NCBI GenBank assembly: GCA_951406725.2
Contig: OX597817.1
Span: forward strand, 173,414,001 to 173,478,000
From: Octopus vulgaris
Lineage: Eukaryota
Length of the DNA stretch: 64,000 nt
Direction of reading: 5' to 3'
The notes under the pieces are model-generated. The model saw only the letters and a list, made by a program, of their open reading frames with translations. It had not been told where the DNA came from and searched no databases. The position numbers were made by a program, and so were the translations under genes. Positions 13,282 through 27,241 of the stretch are shown here, piece after piece (position 1 is the stretch's first letter; each line of letters opens with the position of its first letter).

Positions 13282-14724
13282 TCATATTGATATTATAAAA
13301 AGGAATAGGATTCATAATTTAAATAAGGAAATTTTTGAACTTTGAATGTATAAGAGTATAAACAAGCGTAAAATAGTAGAAACAACTAAAATAAAAGTAT
13401 ATCTAAATAACTTTTTACTTAATACTTTTTATGTAGTGGTCAAAGGAAAGTCTGGCTTTCATTAGGAGTGGTCCACATAACCATTCATGATACAGAGCCT
13501 GGAAGCCTATTTCAATTCAGGAGTGAGTCATCATCACGTCACTTAGTCGCAAACACATAATATAGCTGCAATAGAATGCTATATAACCAACAATAATATG
13601 ATTTCTTTAAGACATAACCCAGTAATCTGTCAAGTCCATTTACACATTTCTCAATACATATGCTATTATGATTCCCTCTCTCATTTTATGCCCCCACCAT
13701 AGATAAATAGATTTGCTAGTAGGTAAAATCCTAAGAAACACCAATCATTTATCCACAAGACATTTTAGATATCCACACTGAGCTATTTGATTCCAAAGAA
13801 ATGTTAATAACTCGGGTATCAATGTAAGAAGGGTATCAAATCTTTTGTATATGAACCATATGTTAGAATGCCTTTGACAGAAAACTTATTCAGACGCAAA
13901 GAGCCTTTTATGGACTATACCAAGAATCAAAGCATTCCAACCATGTCCATCACATAAGACGGTAGGGTTGATCCGAATGCTATTTCTAATAGGTCAAGCG
14001 ATTTACATAAATTCTTTTCTTAGCTCAAAAAACTGGTGTTGCATACCAAGTTCATAATATAATTTTCAAAAGTAAACTGGTTAGTTAAAACATCCACAAC
14101 TAAAAATTAGCAACTGATTTTAAATCATTATTAGATGGAAAAAGATTAAACTGGATTTAAAAGCATGTGACATTTGATTATAAGCATTATTTGGAAAATC
14201 ACATCACTGAAATTTAGAACAATCATTAAAGATACTAAGTTCCTGAGAGTGTGTGTATATGTGCAGTTGAACATCTACAGGTAAGAGAGTCATAAAAGAG
14301 TTTGTAGTCAAGGTGTATTAGGAAGTATGTCAAAAAGCTTTAAAAATAATCCTACACACACACACAAAAGTAAATTGGCAGGCTCATAAGAGCATCACAC
14401 ACATAATATGCCTTGCAGTATTTGTTGTGCTCCCAGATCTAACCATACCATGCTCAGCTTTGCTATTCATTCTTTTAAGGTGTACTGGCAAAACTAAGAA
14501 TGTCAAACAGATGCCTTGCAGTATTTGTTCTGACATTTTCCTTTTTAGTTTAACTCTATCTAGGTACCTAAAAGGCATCCTTACCAACTCTGAGGCCTAA
14601 CATGGCAACTCCTCAAAAACAAATACCAGCACTAAATAGATGGTGCTGTGTAGAATCAAAAGCAAGAATCCTCCAAGTGGAGCAACATATACCCAGGTGA
14701 GTAAATGTATGCATTTATACAAGT

Positions 14725-15012
14725 GTGACAGTGTGGTTGAGAAGCTGGCTTCCCAACCATATGGTCTTGAGTTCAATCTTGCTGTGTGGCATTCTAGGCA
14801 AGTGACTTCTGTAGCTCTGGGTCAATCAAAGCCCATCATACTCATGTGTGTGTGTGTGTGTGTTCATTTCCCGTCATCCATGAAAAGCATGTCTACAGGA
14901 AAATATTACCTTGCTTGGAAACAGGTGAGAGTTGGTGACAGAAGGGCATCTCCCTCAACAAATTCCATCTGATCCATGCAAGCATGGAAAAGTGAGGGTT
15001 ATATGGTGATGA
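14725..15012 (+). mobile_element. tRNA-derived SINE with CORE-like body and RTE-like tail
   Basis: Head GTGTGGTTGAGAAGCT...GAGTTCAAT, GGCAAGTGACTT segment, tail CCATGCAAGCATGGAAAAGTG. Confidence 0.7.
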
Positions 15013-15519
15013 TTGAAGCGAGTGTGATGAATGTGTGTGAAATCTTATATTACGCTTATAATCCCGAAGGGTGTACTTAGTTATAGATGCTAGTGTAGCC
15101 TAATAAACATTTAATACTTAAAAGGTAAAAAAAAAAAAAGCAAGAAAGATTAACATAAATCCATAACTGAGGCTAATAAATAACTCAAGCCTAATATCAT
15201 CTTGCAGTTGGCTCTCACTGTGAAGATCTCATTCAAGGTTACTCTAAAGACCTCTTACAAGGTTATTGATTTACTGAATCTGACAAAAGAGAAGAAGAAA
15301 AAAACATGAAAATAGTCTGATTTAATAACCAATCAAGACCGTTTTACTTTTAATTGCAAACCAAATACTAAATAGGACTAATCTTGATGCACACCATCTA
15401 CCATTTAGTTATGTAATCGGAATAAGTATTTTACACAATATTAACCAAAAAAATTAAAGCAAGCAAAGATTTCTCTACATTCACAATCAGTATTTATTCA
15501 AATGCATTTTGTGTAATTA

Positions 15520-15738
15520 TTAACCCTTTAACACTGATTTTTTTGTCAAATGTGATGCTTATTTATTCACATCGTTTCGAATTAATCACACATCTTCTAG
15601 CTTCAATATTTCAATAGTGTATGTATATTTTTGGAATGACATTGAAGGGTAGGTGTGAGTGGTTGGATCTGGTCAGTTTTGATACAAAAACAGGTAGAAT
15701 ATTTGGGACAGATATAGCTGGACTAAATCCGAAAGTAA
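15520..15738. mobile_element. piggyBac-like MITE
   Basis: TTAA-CCCTTTA left end and a degenerate right end; same family as 1933-2078. Confidence 0.5.
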
Positions 15739-15896
15739 TATCTTAGCAAAACTGTATTGCTATATGTCAACATATTGTATTTTATTTCCTCTCCGATAAA
15801 CTTACTTTTTATTTAATATACATCCTAAAAAATAACTCCCTATAAAAAGAATATTCAGAGTGGTGGTTTGGAGGAAATTAGTTGAGTAATACATTA

Positions 15897-16269
15897 ACCA
15901 TCATTTTGATGTCCAATTTTTCTATGCTTGCAGAGCTCAGAGTTTATCAACTGTGATTTTCTATTGTTAAATGCTTTTCTTGTCACCAACGCTCACTTAT
16001 TTCAAAGGTAATATTTCCCAGTGGCCAAGCATGTTTATACAGAATATTGAAAAAGAACAACACTGCTTACATGAGTGACACAGCTATCGATGTCAAGATA
16101 AGGACACACACAAACAGGCTTCATTCACTTTGTCTTCCAAATCCACTCACAAGGATTTGATTGGCCCAGGGCCATAGAAGACCTGTTCAAGGTGTCACAC
16201 AGTAGGACAGAACCCAAAACCATGTGGTTGAGAAACAAACTTCTTGAACACACAACCATTCCTGCACCT
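15897..16269 (-). mobile_element. tRNA-derived SINE with RTE-like tail
   Basis: The reverse complement matches the head and tail of 14725-15012 and the head of 58266-58670. Confidence 0.7.
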
Positions 16270-16754
16270 AAAAAAATCTGAATGTTCTAGTCAGTAGTTT
16301 GCAAAATACCAAAGGAACATTCAGCCTAAAAAATCAGGACCCAATTTTGTTTCATTATTTAATAATTAGAAAGAGAATACAACAACAGTATACAAAACAA
16401 TGGATGTTAAACTGATAGTTTACCAATATTCCCACTTCTCTGAATATCAATAGCAATTAGTTGAAGTATTTTGTAATCATGCATGTTTACGTTTAACAAT
16501 TACCCTTAAATCTGTTGTAATCAGTTTTCTTAATCTCAAAACTGTAAATGAGATAAGATATAATTAAGCTATCTAATGAGATGGGTTAATCAAATTTGCA
16601 TATAATTTCTCATCGCAAAAGGAAAGCATCCATTAAAAGACTAAGCGATTTTATTCTTGTATGAAGAAGTACTCTAATTAGCTTCTTGAAGAAGCATGCT
16701 ATTTGACAATCATAGGCAACTATTTATGATATGTGTGTGTGTGTGTGTGTGTTT

Positions 16755-17004
16755 CATCATCATCATCGTTTAACGTCCGTTTTCCATGCTAGCATGGGTT
16801 GGACAGTTCAACTGGGGTCTGGGAAGCCAGAAGGCTGTGCCAGGCCCAGTCTGATCTGGCAGTGCTTCTACAGCTGGATGCCCTTCCTAACGCCAACCAC
16901 TCCATGAGTGTAGTGGGTGCTTTTTATGTACCACCTGCACAGGTGCCAGACAAGGCTGGCAAACGGCCACAATCGGATGGTGCTTTTTACGTGCCACTGG
17001 CACC
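16755..17004 (-). mobile_element. RTE-related retroposon 3' end with (GAT)n tail
   Basis: (CAT)n-GTTTAACGTCCG-TTTCCATGC...CAGCTGGATGCCCTTCC; related copies near 36385, 54857 and 62210. Confidence 0.7.
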
Positions 17005-17287
17005 AAATTGGATTTAAAGGGGTGGACAATAGAATATCATTTTAAAAGATAAACTGCCGAAAAGGTCTCACTCACAAATACAATTTCGTGAATAGAACAA
17101 TTTAAACAATAGTCATTAAAAAGTAAGGACCAAGTTCCTAAGGGTATTGAGCTGTAATAAGAACAATAAAATAAGATGCATACATTACAGTTAACACCTA
17201 AGTGATAATTATTGGTTGCACTTGACAAATTTCTGAGATTATCTATTGCAGAAACTGAGAAATTCCATGAGAAACATTAAACCTCTG

Positions 17288-17321
<34 letters not shown>

Positions 17322-18506
17322 CAGTACTGTATAAATAGAAATACTGCTATATGCTTAGCAGTTCCAACCCTCCAAATCATTATGGATATAAGCCAACAAT
17401 GAGACGTCATGCAATTACTCAACATGATAGAAACAGCAGCTAAATTTAACTCAGACCATACTATCTTAAGATTAAAAAAAAATGTATTTAAAGTTCTAGG
17501 CAACCCTAAAACGACAGGATAGTCCCAACTGGAACACCTCAGATTATAGGTCTGCTTGATCAGTGATGACCTGTAAGTAAATATCTTTTACAATTCAATT
17601 TTAAACAAGATAAAAGGAAAGAGATCACTAATATAATTGTATTCCAGAGGGTAGCAGAAATAAAAATCCTTTGTTGGAAGTTTTTAAAAATGTTGCTCTG
17701 TTGCATCTAATAGAATCAGCCATTATACTTCTAGAAATTAAAATACTTCCCAAAAAGACAAAATACAGATAAAAATACAAGTTATTTGTAGAAAGCAAAA
17801 TTGCGTACTAAACGTAACCATAATAAATGGAGTACTTAATATGAATGGAGAAATCAAAATTAATCATCATTGAGGAAATAGTGATCGTGATTAAGAGAGA
17901 AAATTCATAAAACGGAAAACAGTAATGCAACCTGAATATCAGAAAACTAGTATTCTGAACAGGGAAATGATAAGCAAAGCATAGACAAGAGTTAATATTC
18001 AGTGCTGTTGTTGTTGTTGAGAGCATAACTCCTCTCTAACTGATGTGTTTAAAGGAAGGCAATCACAAACCCTTAAAAAGAGCCAAGTAGCTTTGTTGAA
18101 AGTGAGGCGAAGAGTAGAAATTTAATACTGCTTAAACAATGTAACCAATGAGTACAGAAGATGTAGAGTGGTATTCCTGGCAGGCTGACAGCACTCTTCA
18201 AATGGAAGATCAGCTCTGCAAGCTGGATTACACATGCTAAAGGCATGGAGTTACAACAAGTAATAAAGAAATTCTTTTACCAGAGGGACATAATTAGTGT
18301 AGAAACGATATAGAGTTGAATATTCTTAATGACAAAATCTGGAAGAAATTAATATTTACACTACATACTACATCTAGTAGCTACACACACGTGTAATTAC
18401 TTGACTCGCTACATATAGCAACCAAATCTCCCTCAAATCACACCCCAACACCTTTAAAAAGAAAAAAAAGCATTAGATAATGCTGTTCAACACATCCACC
18501 CTCACC

Positions 18507-18741
18507 CTACAGCTGGATGCCCTTCCTAACGCCAACCACTCCGTGAGTGTAGTGGGTGCTTTTTATGTGCCACCTGCACAGGTGCCAGACAAGGCTGGCA
18601 AACGGCCACAATCGGATGGTGCTTTTTATGTGCCACCGGCACCAAATTGGATTTAAAGGGGTGGACAATAGAATATCATTTTAAAAGATAAACTGCCGAA
18701 AAGGTCTCACTCACCAATACAATTTCGTGAATAGAACAATT
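18507..18741 (+). repeat. 235-bp direct duplicate of 16868-17102
   Basis: Aligns without gaps, 5 mismatches by eye; includes both the repeat and its flank. Confidence 0.9.
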
Positions 18742-21192
18742 CACACCCATGCTACACCATATAGCAAAATGGCAACTCAACAGAATATATTAATCAATAC
18801 TTAGAAAAAAAGAAAAAAGGTGTGAGTAGAGACAAAACAATGAAATTCAAGTCTATTGCAAATGAAGACACTGGAATCAATGAATTTAGTACTTAACAGA
18901 AGACTTAGTACAATCAAAGAGAAAAGTTAAAAGTGATCACATGCAAATAGCCTATAATCAAGTAATAAAGATAGTTTCATGAAGGAAAAAGGACCAATGA
19001 TGTGGATCTAACTGTAGACAGAAAGCTTGTCTACTGCAGATGTTTTTCACTGAAATGCTGAAGCTCCTAAAAGATATAGCTTTTACTTTAAATAAGTCAT
19101 TTCTTCAGGTCTTTATAAACAAACAAAATTGAATGAAAAATTCAGAGACCATTTTTCAGAACAATACCAGAAATGAGAAATTAATAAATTGTGTAACCAA
19201 AAACATTTTCATGCTTTTTACTTATTCAAGATATCAAATTTTTTAAAGTTATTTCCTTGCATACAGAAAATTTATTACCTTCACTGAAAGAGCTGACCAA
19301 CTTGGCCTTTGTAACTGGCATTTCAGTATGGTTTTTAAATATTCTTGTATCATTTATTTCAATCAATATCAAAAACATTAATAAATTTATCAACTTCTTC
19401 AAAAAAAAAATTGAAACAACTTGATAACATCTAATTTGAAATTCATATAACGCAAAATAAACATCTTGGAAGTGGTATTTTCTTTTTTTTACTTAAAAAA
19501 AAATTTTTTCTTTATTTTATTTTAACCAATGTTGATTCTTATGCCAAGCTAATGCTACTGTCACTTAAACCCTAAAGATTCAAAAATTAGCTTCTCAAAA
19601 GGAAATAGTCAAATCAATTTGCAAAGTATACCAGAATACATGAGAATTAAAAACATTGCTGCTTTGTCTTTATTCCTATTATATTTGTATGTATATATTC
19701 TCATTTGCTGAATCTCATCTCAATAATAATTATCTAAAAATGTTAAAAATAAAGGTTTTCTATACTTTTCATTGTATTTTTTTTTAAATATCAGTTCATA
19801 AAGGATGTCAAATAATTGTTTTATAAAAGGACATTATTTGATTTTAATCTATGACAATTCAAGAAAATCATGGATTGTAGTATTTTTCTTTTTCATAGGA
19901 TTCATATAATCAGTGACTGTTTAAGTCAAATTGATTTATTGCAAAAGATACTGTAATTCAGATTTGTCCTTAAAATGTATAGTTTAAAACAATTCCAGTT
20001 AGAAGAGAGCAAGTACTGACATCATTAAACAAGTTAATTCTATTCATGTGAAATACTTAACTTGAATGCAACATTTACCTATTATTTCAAATTTCTGATG
20101 CATATCAAATTTTGCCCAAAAAATATTGTTGATACAGCCAGTCTATCTTCAAGCATGTGTATATATGTATATAACCATTGTTCTTTTACTGGTTTCAATT
20201 ATTTCACAGCAACAATACATAGGTAACTCCCTCAATATTTATGTCTGTTAATTCTTTTATCAGCCTCAAAAGATGAAATGCAAAGCCAACCAGGTGTGAA
20301 TAGATGTAAATGGGATAGAATCCAATAGTAAGAGTTTATTTTTATTCAACACACCAATTCTTCTTCCATCCCTACCAATATACATCAGACAAACTTCTAT
20401 TATTTTCATCAACTAAATTTCACTCCCAAGGCTATTAGTAGAAGAAACTTGCTTAAAGTGTTTCACAGTATAATCAAATTAGCTACCACAATATTTCAAA
20501 GTAAACTTTTTAACATGTGCGTGTATACACATTTTTTAATAAAGGAAACTATTCTAGAAAAAGTAAAGAAATTTAATCGAAACATTGATTTTCACACTTT
20601 AGCCCAAATCCTGAAACTTAGTTACAGAGTCTCTGTAAGCTACTCACTAGCCAAGTGAGATGCATTTCACAACACTACCAAGAATCTGTCTTCCATTTGC
20701 TTTGTAGGTCCTCAATTTTATGATATATGTCTGAATAAATATTGCTGAATGGTCTTCATCCTCTATCAAGATATGGAAATCTCCAAAATATAACATTTGA
20801 TATGGCCAGGTAATCAGATTAATAGCAGTTGTCAGCAAAACCTGCCCTGTGTTGAACAAACAACAGTAGAGATTGGAATATGTCCATAAATCTCCTCTTT
20901 GATTTGTGCTCACACTATGAGATGCCTGAGCCCTCATGAAAAAACTGATGTTAGTACCATATCATGGTAATCTTGAAGATCTATCTTTATAGAAAAGATT
21001 ATAGCTCCAAAGAGAAGAATGTTCTCTACACATCCAAACAGCTAACCTTGTTGACACTGAAATACTCAAATGACAGGTTTTGAAGCTTGGCACATACTCT
21101 CCCGGTTTTATTCTGAACTGCCCACAAGAAGCTTTATAAGATTTCTAAGCAGAAGATGAATTCCCATTAATGAGTGGGTGATTAACATGAAC

Positions 21193-21220
21193 ACTTACCT
21201 ACAATTAAAAGAAAACGAAA
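21193..21220 (-). promoter_or_regulatory. Candidate recursive splice site (fused 3' and 5' splice sites)
   Basis: Minus strand reads TTTCGTTTTCTTTTAATTGTAG|GTAAGT, in the sense orientation of VAP intron 1. Confidence 0.4.
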
Positions 21221-23159
21221 CAAGCAGTTATGCTTATAATTTCTACTAAGTACTACGATCATTCAAGAATGCAAAAAATACGTAGAAAAGTCAACAGAAA
21301 AAATAAAAGACACCTGAAGATGCTAACATAAAATATGAGAACTTCAGGATCAATTCCTGTTTTTGCAATGAATGAAGCTTACTAATATGGCACAATATCA
21401 GACCATACAAGACAAATGATAAGTCACTTGGTGTCATAACACAACTGATAGTTTCCTAGGTGCACTGCTACTTCTAATTCATTTCTACTTCATTATAATA
21501 CTAGTTTCAGCTTTACTGAATTAACATAGCCAACTCTTTATTAGCAACAACTGCAGCTTGTTACATTATGCACACACCAACTAAATGGTAAACATCATTA
21601 AAAAGATTTACAACCATGAACAACAAACATATGGACAATAATTGCTTAAATCTATTGCTACTGTAAACAAGACTTTTTCTGTATAAGGAATGTGCCTCTA
21701 CTAAGACATCTTTTGAACTAATGCGATAGAAGCAAAAGCTTGTAGTTTATAGAAGACAGTAAAAAAGAAAATCTTATTTCAAATGTTCTCTCATATAGAA
21801 AATCACAAAAACAAAATCGGATCAAATAAAATACTCCCCAAGTAAAAATTGTGCTTATCTTTATTTAATGAAAGTCACCGAACTGGAGTCAAAGCAATGG
21901 TGATACTGTTTTGCAATTGCTTTTTGTTTTTTGTTTTTTTGCTCCATTAGAAATGAATAAGTTTTCAATTAGTTAGATTCTCAGTTTTTATTTATTTAGG
22001 CAAGAAGCTTCTTTTTTTTTTTTTGTTTCCTATATGCAATTAGTAAAGGTGACTATGATGATAAAGATTGATCACCCTCAAATTGATGGTTCCTACCTAC
22101 AACGTCTACTATTCAGTTATTACTGAAGCTTCCCAGCTGATTCTTCCACAATAGCTGACAATACAAATCCATACAATGCTGGGTGATCCTAGGTTTAATT
22201 ATTCTCATCACCAGCAGGAATTTTGAAGCTCACAACAGTGACAGTGGTTTAAAAGGCTTCTCTTTACACTGGAAACACAAAGATTTGTAAACTTTAATTT
22301 TGAACTTAATTGGCATGAAGAAAAAGGTAACTTTCAAATTTACCATATTCGAGTAATTTTTTTTCAAAGCAAAATCTGCATCAAACAAATTAGGAAAAAT
22401 CTTTAAAAAAAAAAAAGAAAAAAGGTAAAATAGAATGAAGCTGTAGAAGTAATGTCACCTTGTTAATAGAATGCATAATCACATTTATTTTCAAGTGGTG
22501 TCTTATAACTGAGACTTGTATAATGAGTGAAAATGCTTATCACTATAGCAACCACACTCCACTAATTTCCTTTGTAGTGAATCCCAAAACAGCACTTTTT
22601 TCTTATGAACAATAAATAATTAGTTTATTTTATAGAATTACACATCTTTGTGCAGAAAACTGTTATAATTCCACTGGTCAGTCTGTGATCAGTGAAACTG
22701 TAACATCTATAGAAATCCTAAATATAAACCATTGCTTTTGTTTTGTTTTCATCTTCTACCATGCTATTCAACTCCATGTTGTCAATATAAAAAGCTATTA
22801 TGTGCTTGAAACATTTTACTTAAATTTTTTATTTGAAGTCAATATTCAGTCGTTAAATTCGAGTGGAATATGTTTCCAAACTCAATTTTTTTTTATTTGC
22901 AAGAGAAAAATATTGGTACTTATTATTTGTTGGCAAATGAAAATTTCAATATGATTTTCCAATGATACAACGGCATTTTAGGCCAAGCCAATCAATCTAA
23001 GGAAAAAATGGTGTTCCTATATACAGAATTGTCATATAACAAGACCTTGTATCCACGCACACATGCACACAAGCGTAAAATAAAGCATGGACAAATCTAC
23101 TTCACATGTCAAAAATAAGATTTCTAACTTTGATCAACTCATCTTAAATGACAAGTAGA

Positions 23160-23890
23160 CTTTTTTTTTAATGTTAAACTTAATTTTCCGTGGTTTCTAT
23201 AAGCAAGAGATTATGTATCTTGCTTATTAAAATGACTTACAAATGAAGGTCTTGCTTACCACAAATCATACCTGGCAAAGTTGTTACAATAATTTGTCAA
23301 ACAAAGAGGACAGTTTGATTCCAATAAACAAGTCTAGCTCATCCCTATGAGTGATTGTTGGGTTTCACAATTACAGAGAATCTATCCAGATGAAAGCATA
23401 GCTGCATCAGAAAGACTAGATCTTCTCTTCAAGCCAAAAAGAGACATCAGCGGCACTCAATAATTGATATTCTACAAAGCTCAGATAAGGCCCCCAATGA
23501 AGTACTGCTCTCACATCTGAGATAGTGTTGGTGATGCACATACAGACATCTTAGACAACATCCAGAAAAGAGTCATCCAACTGATACTGACAGGCATAAA
23601 GTCCGTCAGATATGCTCCAGCCTCTGGTCCACAAGTGGGTTGTTTCCACTGTCTTTCCTTCTACCACAATGACCTCTGCTCCTCGGAGGAGACTGGATTC
23701 ATGCCACCTCCACTCAGGCACTCCTGTCCCACTTGTGTCTACACTTTTGATCATTCTTTTATCCAATTTCCTGGTTAAATGCTAATCACTATGCTCCATC
23801 CTTCCCTCTCAGAGTACAAGCTTTCTGGAATTACCTTCCTCCTCATGCTGACTTTCAAAAGTTCAAAAGGAACATCAATGGCATCAATCT
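23160..23890 (+). mobile_element. Degraded non-LTR retrotransposon RT C-terminus (Jockey/L2-like)
   Basis: YKAQIRPPMKYCSHI...ILDNIQKRVIQL, with stops. Confidence 0.6.
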
Positions 23891-24918
23891 CACTGGTCAA
23901 GAAAACATACAAAAACCAGTGGAACTAACCTTTCCTCCAGAGCCAGCAAGGGAAAAGATACCATAGAAAAACAAAATGGAATAGACAGGACTAGAGAAGA
24001 TACATGGGACAGAAAGATGCTAAAGAGGTCACAGTAAATGTGACAAAGAATTTTGACAACTAAAAATAATAATAAAGCTAAAGTGAAGGTCAAATAGTGC
24101 AGGTGTTATCAGTAAAAGATGACCATCCCAAAATATAACAATAATATAAATAAACATTTCAATAAACTAGCATTCATTCTCAGGAAAGGAGAAATGCTAA
24201 ACACTACTGAAATAAGATGATGCCAAACAAGTGACATACATACAATTCTCCAGTTAACAGACCCTTCCTCGTTTGTGACCTACCTTGCCCTATTAAAATC
24301 CAAGCATTCCTCACTTTAATGTGTAATGAATGAAATGTACCTTAACATAAAGCGGAACCTGTTATGGGAATGCAGAGCAGGTAAACTAGAGCAGATGAAT
24401 AACATTGTCAAGAAATATAACACACCTGTAGTAATTTTTCAACTTCTGACTCAACCAGACGGTGGTGAGTGATGTACTTTAATCTCACATTTTATATAAA
24501 TTTAATAGAAATTAGGATAAGTTCAGTTTCATATGAGTTGACATAAAAATTTTTTTTTTTTTTACAAAGCTTCAATTATTTTAAAAATCACATTTTTCTG
24601 GATTGTTCCACTATGACTAACAAAAATTCTACGGTTACTAATTAAAGTAGAAAACCTTTTATGATCAATTAGCCATTGTATTACAGGTAGAATTAATTAT
24701 TTGCTAAAGGCAAAATTTTTTTGAGTTAAAAATCCATTTATTGATCTACTAAACTATAGAGAATATAATGACAAAAGTGAATGTTGTAACAAATGTTGAA
24801 TTGATGGAAAGGAATAAAGCCAATAAAATGTCTCAATCTGGTCGCTCAACCAGCCAGACAGAAAATTTCCTTCATAACAAACCACCACAATCTCAAGAAA
24901 AGGAAGGTGAGATACATA

Positions 24919-25277
24919 GACACAGGCATGGCTGTGTGGTAAGAAGCTTGCTTCCCAACCACATGGTTCCCGGTTCAGTCCCACTGTGTGACACCTTGGG
25001 CAAGTGTCTTCTACTATAGCCTCAGCTGAACAAAAGCCTCGTGAGTAAACGGAAACTGAAAGAAGCCCATCATGTATATATATATATATGGCTGTGTGTC
25101 TGTGTTTGTCCCCCCACCATTGCTTGACAACCAATGGGTCTTTACATCCCCATAACTTAGTGGCTTGGCAAAAGAGACTGACAGAATAAGTACTATGCTT
25201 ACATAGAATAAGTCCTGGGGTCAATTTATTCGACTAAAGGCAGTGCTGCAGTCAAATGACAAACTAGTAAAAGAATA
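24919..25277 (+). mobile_element. tRNA-derived CORE-like SINE
   Basis: A box TGGCTGTGTGG, B-box-like GGTTCAGTCCC, CTTGGGCAAGTGTCTT and GTAAAAGA tail; matches 58266-58670. Confidence 0.85.
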
Positions 25278-25395
25278 CATTGTATAATGTGATCCTAGAA
25301 TCAGTATCTGAAAAAATAAGAGGCACAAGCATGACTATGATTAAGCTTAATTCCCTACCACATTCAATCCCACCTTGTGCAAGTGTCTTCCACAG

Positions 25396-25621
25396 CAGTG
25401 GTTCCTAAAGTGTGCAGTACTGCTCCCTTGGGGGCAGTGGAAACATTGAAGTGGGATGACAGATGTAAAGAAAAATTTAATAGTTAGGTTTAAGTTTTAA
25501 TTGTGAAATACAGCTGTTTTGAATTTGCTGTAGAAAGTAATCTATATTTGTGGTGGAGAGGGTGAGGAATGTAACTTGGGTGCCAAGGGAGCAACAGCCT
25601 GGGAAAGATGGGAAACCACTG
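25396..25621. mobile_element. hAT (Charlie-like) MITE inserted in a SINE spanning about 25322-25965
   Basis: CAGTGGTTCC...GGAAACCACTG termini; degenerate 8-bp flanks TTCCACAG/TTGTACAG; the SINE sequence resumes after it. Confidence 0.65.
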
Positions 25622-27126
25622 TTGTACAGTGCCATAGACCAGCCAAAGCCTTGAGTGGATCTGGTCAATGTTAACTGAAAGGATTAAATAAATATATGTA
25701 AACATATATGTTTGTGTGGCAGTGTGTGTGCAAGTTTGGGTTTCCTTGTCCTGATATCACATGATAGCAGTAAATGAGTGTCAATGCCATACAAGCAGTG
25801 TCGTTCACTTCCAATATCCTGCGGAAACTTATCTGGTCATGGGAAAACATTACCTTGATTGGAAGAGGTGAGAGCTAACAGCAGGAAAGACATCCAACCA
25901 TAGAAAATATGTCTCAATATATTCCTTCCAACCCATGCAAACATGGAAAAGTGGATGCTAAAATGAATAGTCATTGTGAAATACCTGGTCTACTCAACCA
26001 GGTCCTCACCTGGGATAACTTGAAATCAAACACTTGACTAGTCATCACTTAATAAAAGCTAACCACCATATATAGCTGATTAGCTTTTAGTTTGATATCA
26101 GTTGATAAGTTATCATTGAAGTTGTCGGAGCATCCCTAGTGAAATGTCCTGTGGCTATTTTCTTTTTCTTCTTAAACTCACAGCAACTTACCATCTCTAA
26201 ATCAAGTAATTGACTGTGACATTTAAGAAAATTTCAAGTTAAATTCATGAGTTATCCAATTGCTATGTCAAACATCCAGCAGTTTGACATATCTCCTCTA
26301 GACCAAAAATACAGGTTATTTTATTAACCTGGAGATAAAAAGCCAAGTTGACCTACGTTAATCAGTAAACCATTAATTCACTCGAACTTGTCACCAGCAA
26401 ATACCGGGGGCCCCCCTCCCTCCCCTTTGTGCAGCTATAAGCACATGCAACCAAAAAAAAGAAAAAGAAAAACGAACGTAACTGCAATGACAAAGCACGA
26501 TTAAAGATGAGTAGGCCAACAAATAATCCTTTCATTAAAAGGTATTATGCGAGTTAAGATTTTAATTATACAAAAATTAGTTCGCTCTGATTACATAGAT
26601 AATTTATGTATACTTTTAATATACCTTTCTTAACCAAATACTATAAAACTGCACCCTTTTCAAATTTACTAGCAATGGAAACATTGATTAGATAATTATA
26701 TATCTATACATATTAAGCAACTGAAGATAATCAAATGAGAATAAGATATATCGAGATAGTGGTTTTTTAAAAAAACCATAAATCTTAGGTTTTTATTTCG
26801 AAGCAGGTAAACATTTTACGACAGTAACAACAGCAGCAGCATATTAGATAAACGAAAAACACTTGAAGAGATTTAAACCAAAAATTTTAATTATATTACA
26901 CATTCACCTCTTCCTCTATCAGCAGGCGAACATATGGCAATTGGCAACAAGAGGGTTAGTGACCTGAAGACTAGAGGAGGTCAACTCTAGCTAGTGTGAA
27001 AAACTTCACTAATTCAGGTCACTCCATCTGCAGCAAGAGAAGAAAAGAAAATGTCTCAAGACCACTGTTTTAATACAGACATTTATTCATGTCGGAGTAA
27101 CTTATTTCAACCAGTTTGACACTTAC

Positions 27127-27241
27127 CTCACTAGCAAAATATGCCCATTGATAACGAACCCAATAATAAAATAGCTAATTCATTAATATTTTGTTTTGTG
27201 TCAGACATGTTTTAAGTTTACCACCGTCAAAACTTGAAATA
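27127..27241 (-). other. Candidate 115-nt cryptic or non-coding exon in VAP intron 1
   Basis: Long polypyrimidine tract ending CCTTTGTAG and donor GAG|GTAAGT; stops in all three frames. Confidence 0.35.

Larger units (their letters stand above)
11006..13473 (+). mobile_element. Helitron remnant with two 5'-end-like modules, interrupted by a mariner
   Basis: Related TCTT(G/A)CTATAATG...TGTCTGTC heads at about 11006 and 11284; helicase C-terminus follows the mariner; right boundary approximate. Confidence 0.5.

Noticed and set aside
20647-20937. 96-aa minus-strand ORF downstream of the AG|GTAAGT site
   Set aside because: No recognisable homology, and stops lie between the acceptor and the ORF.
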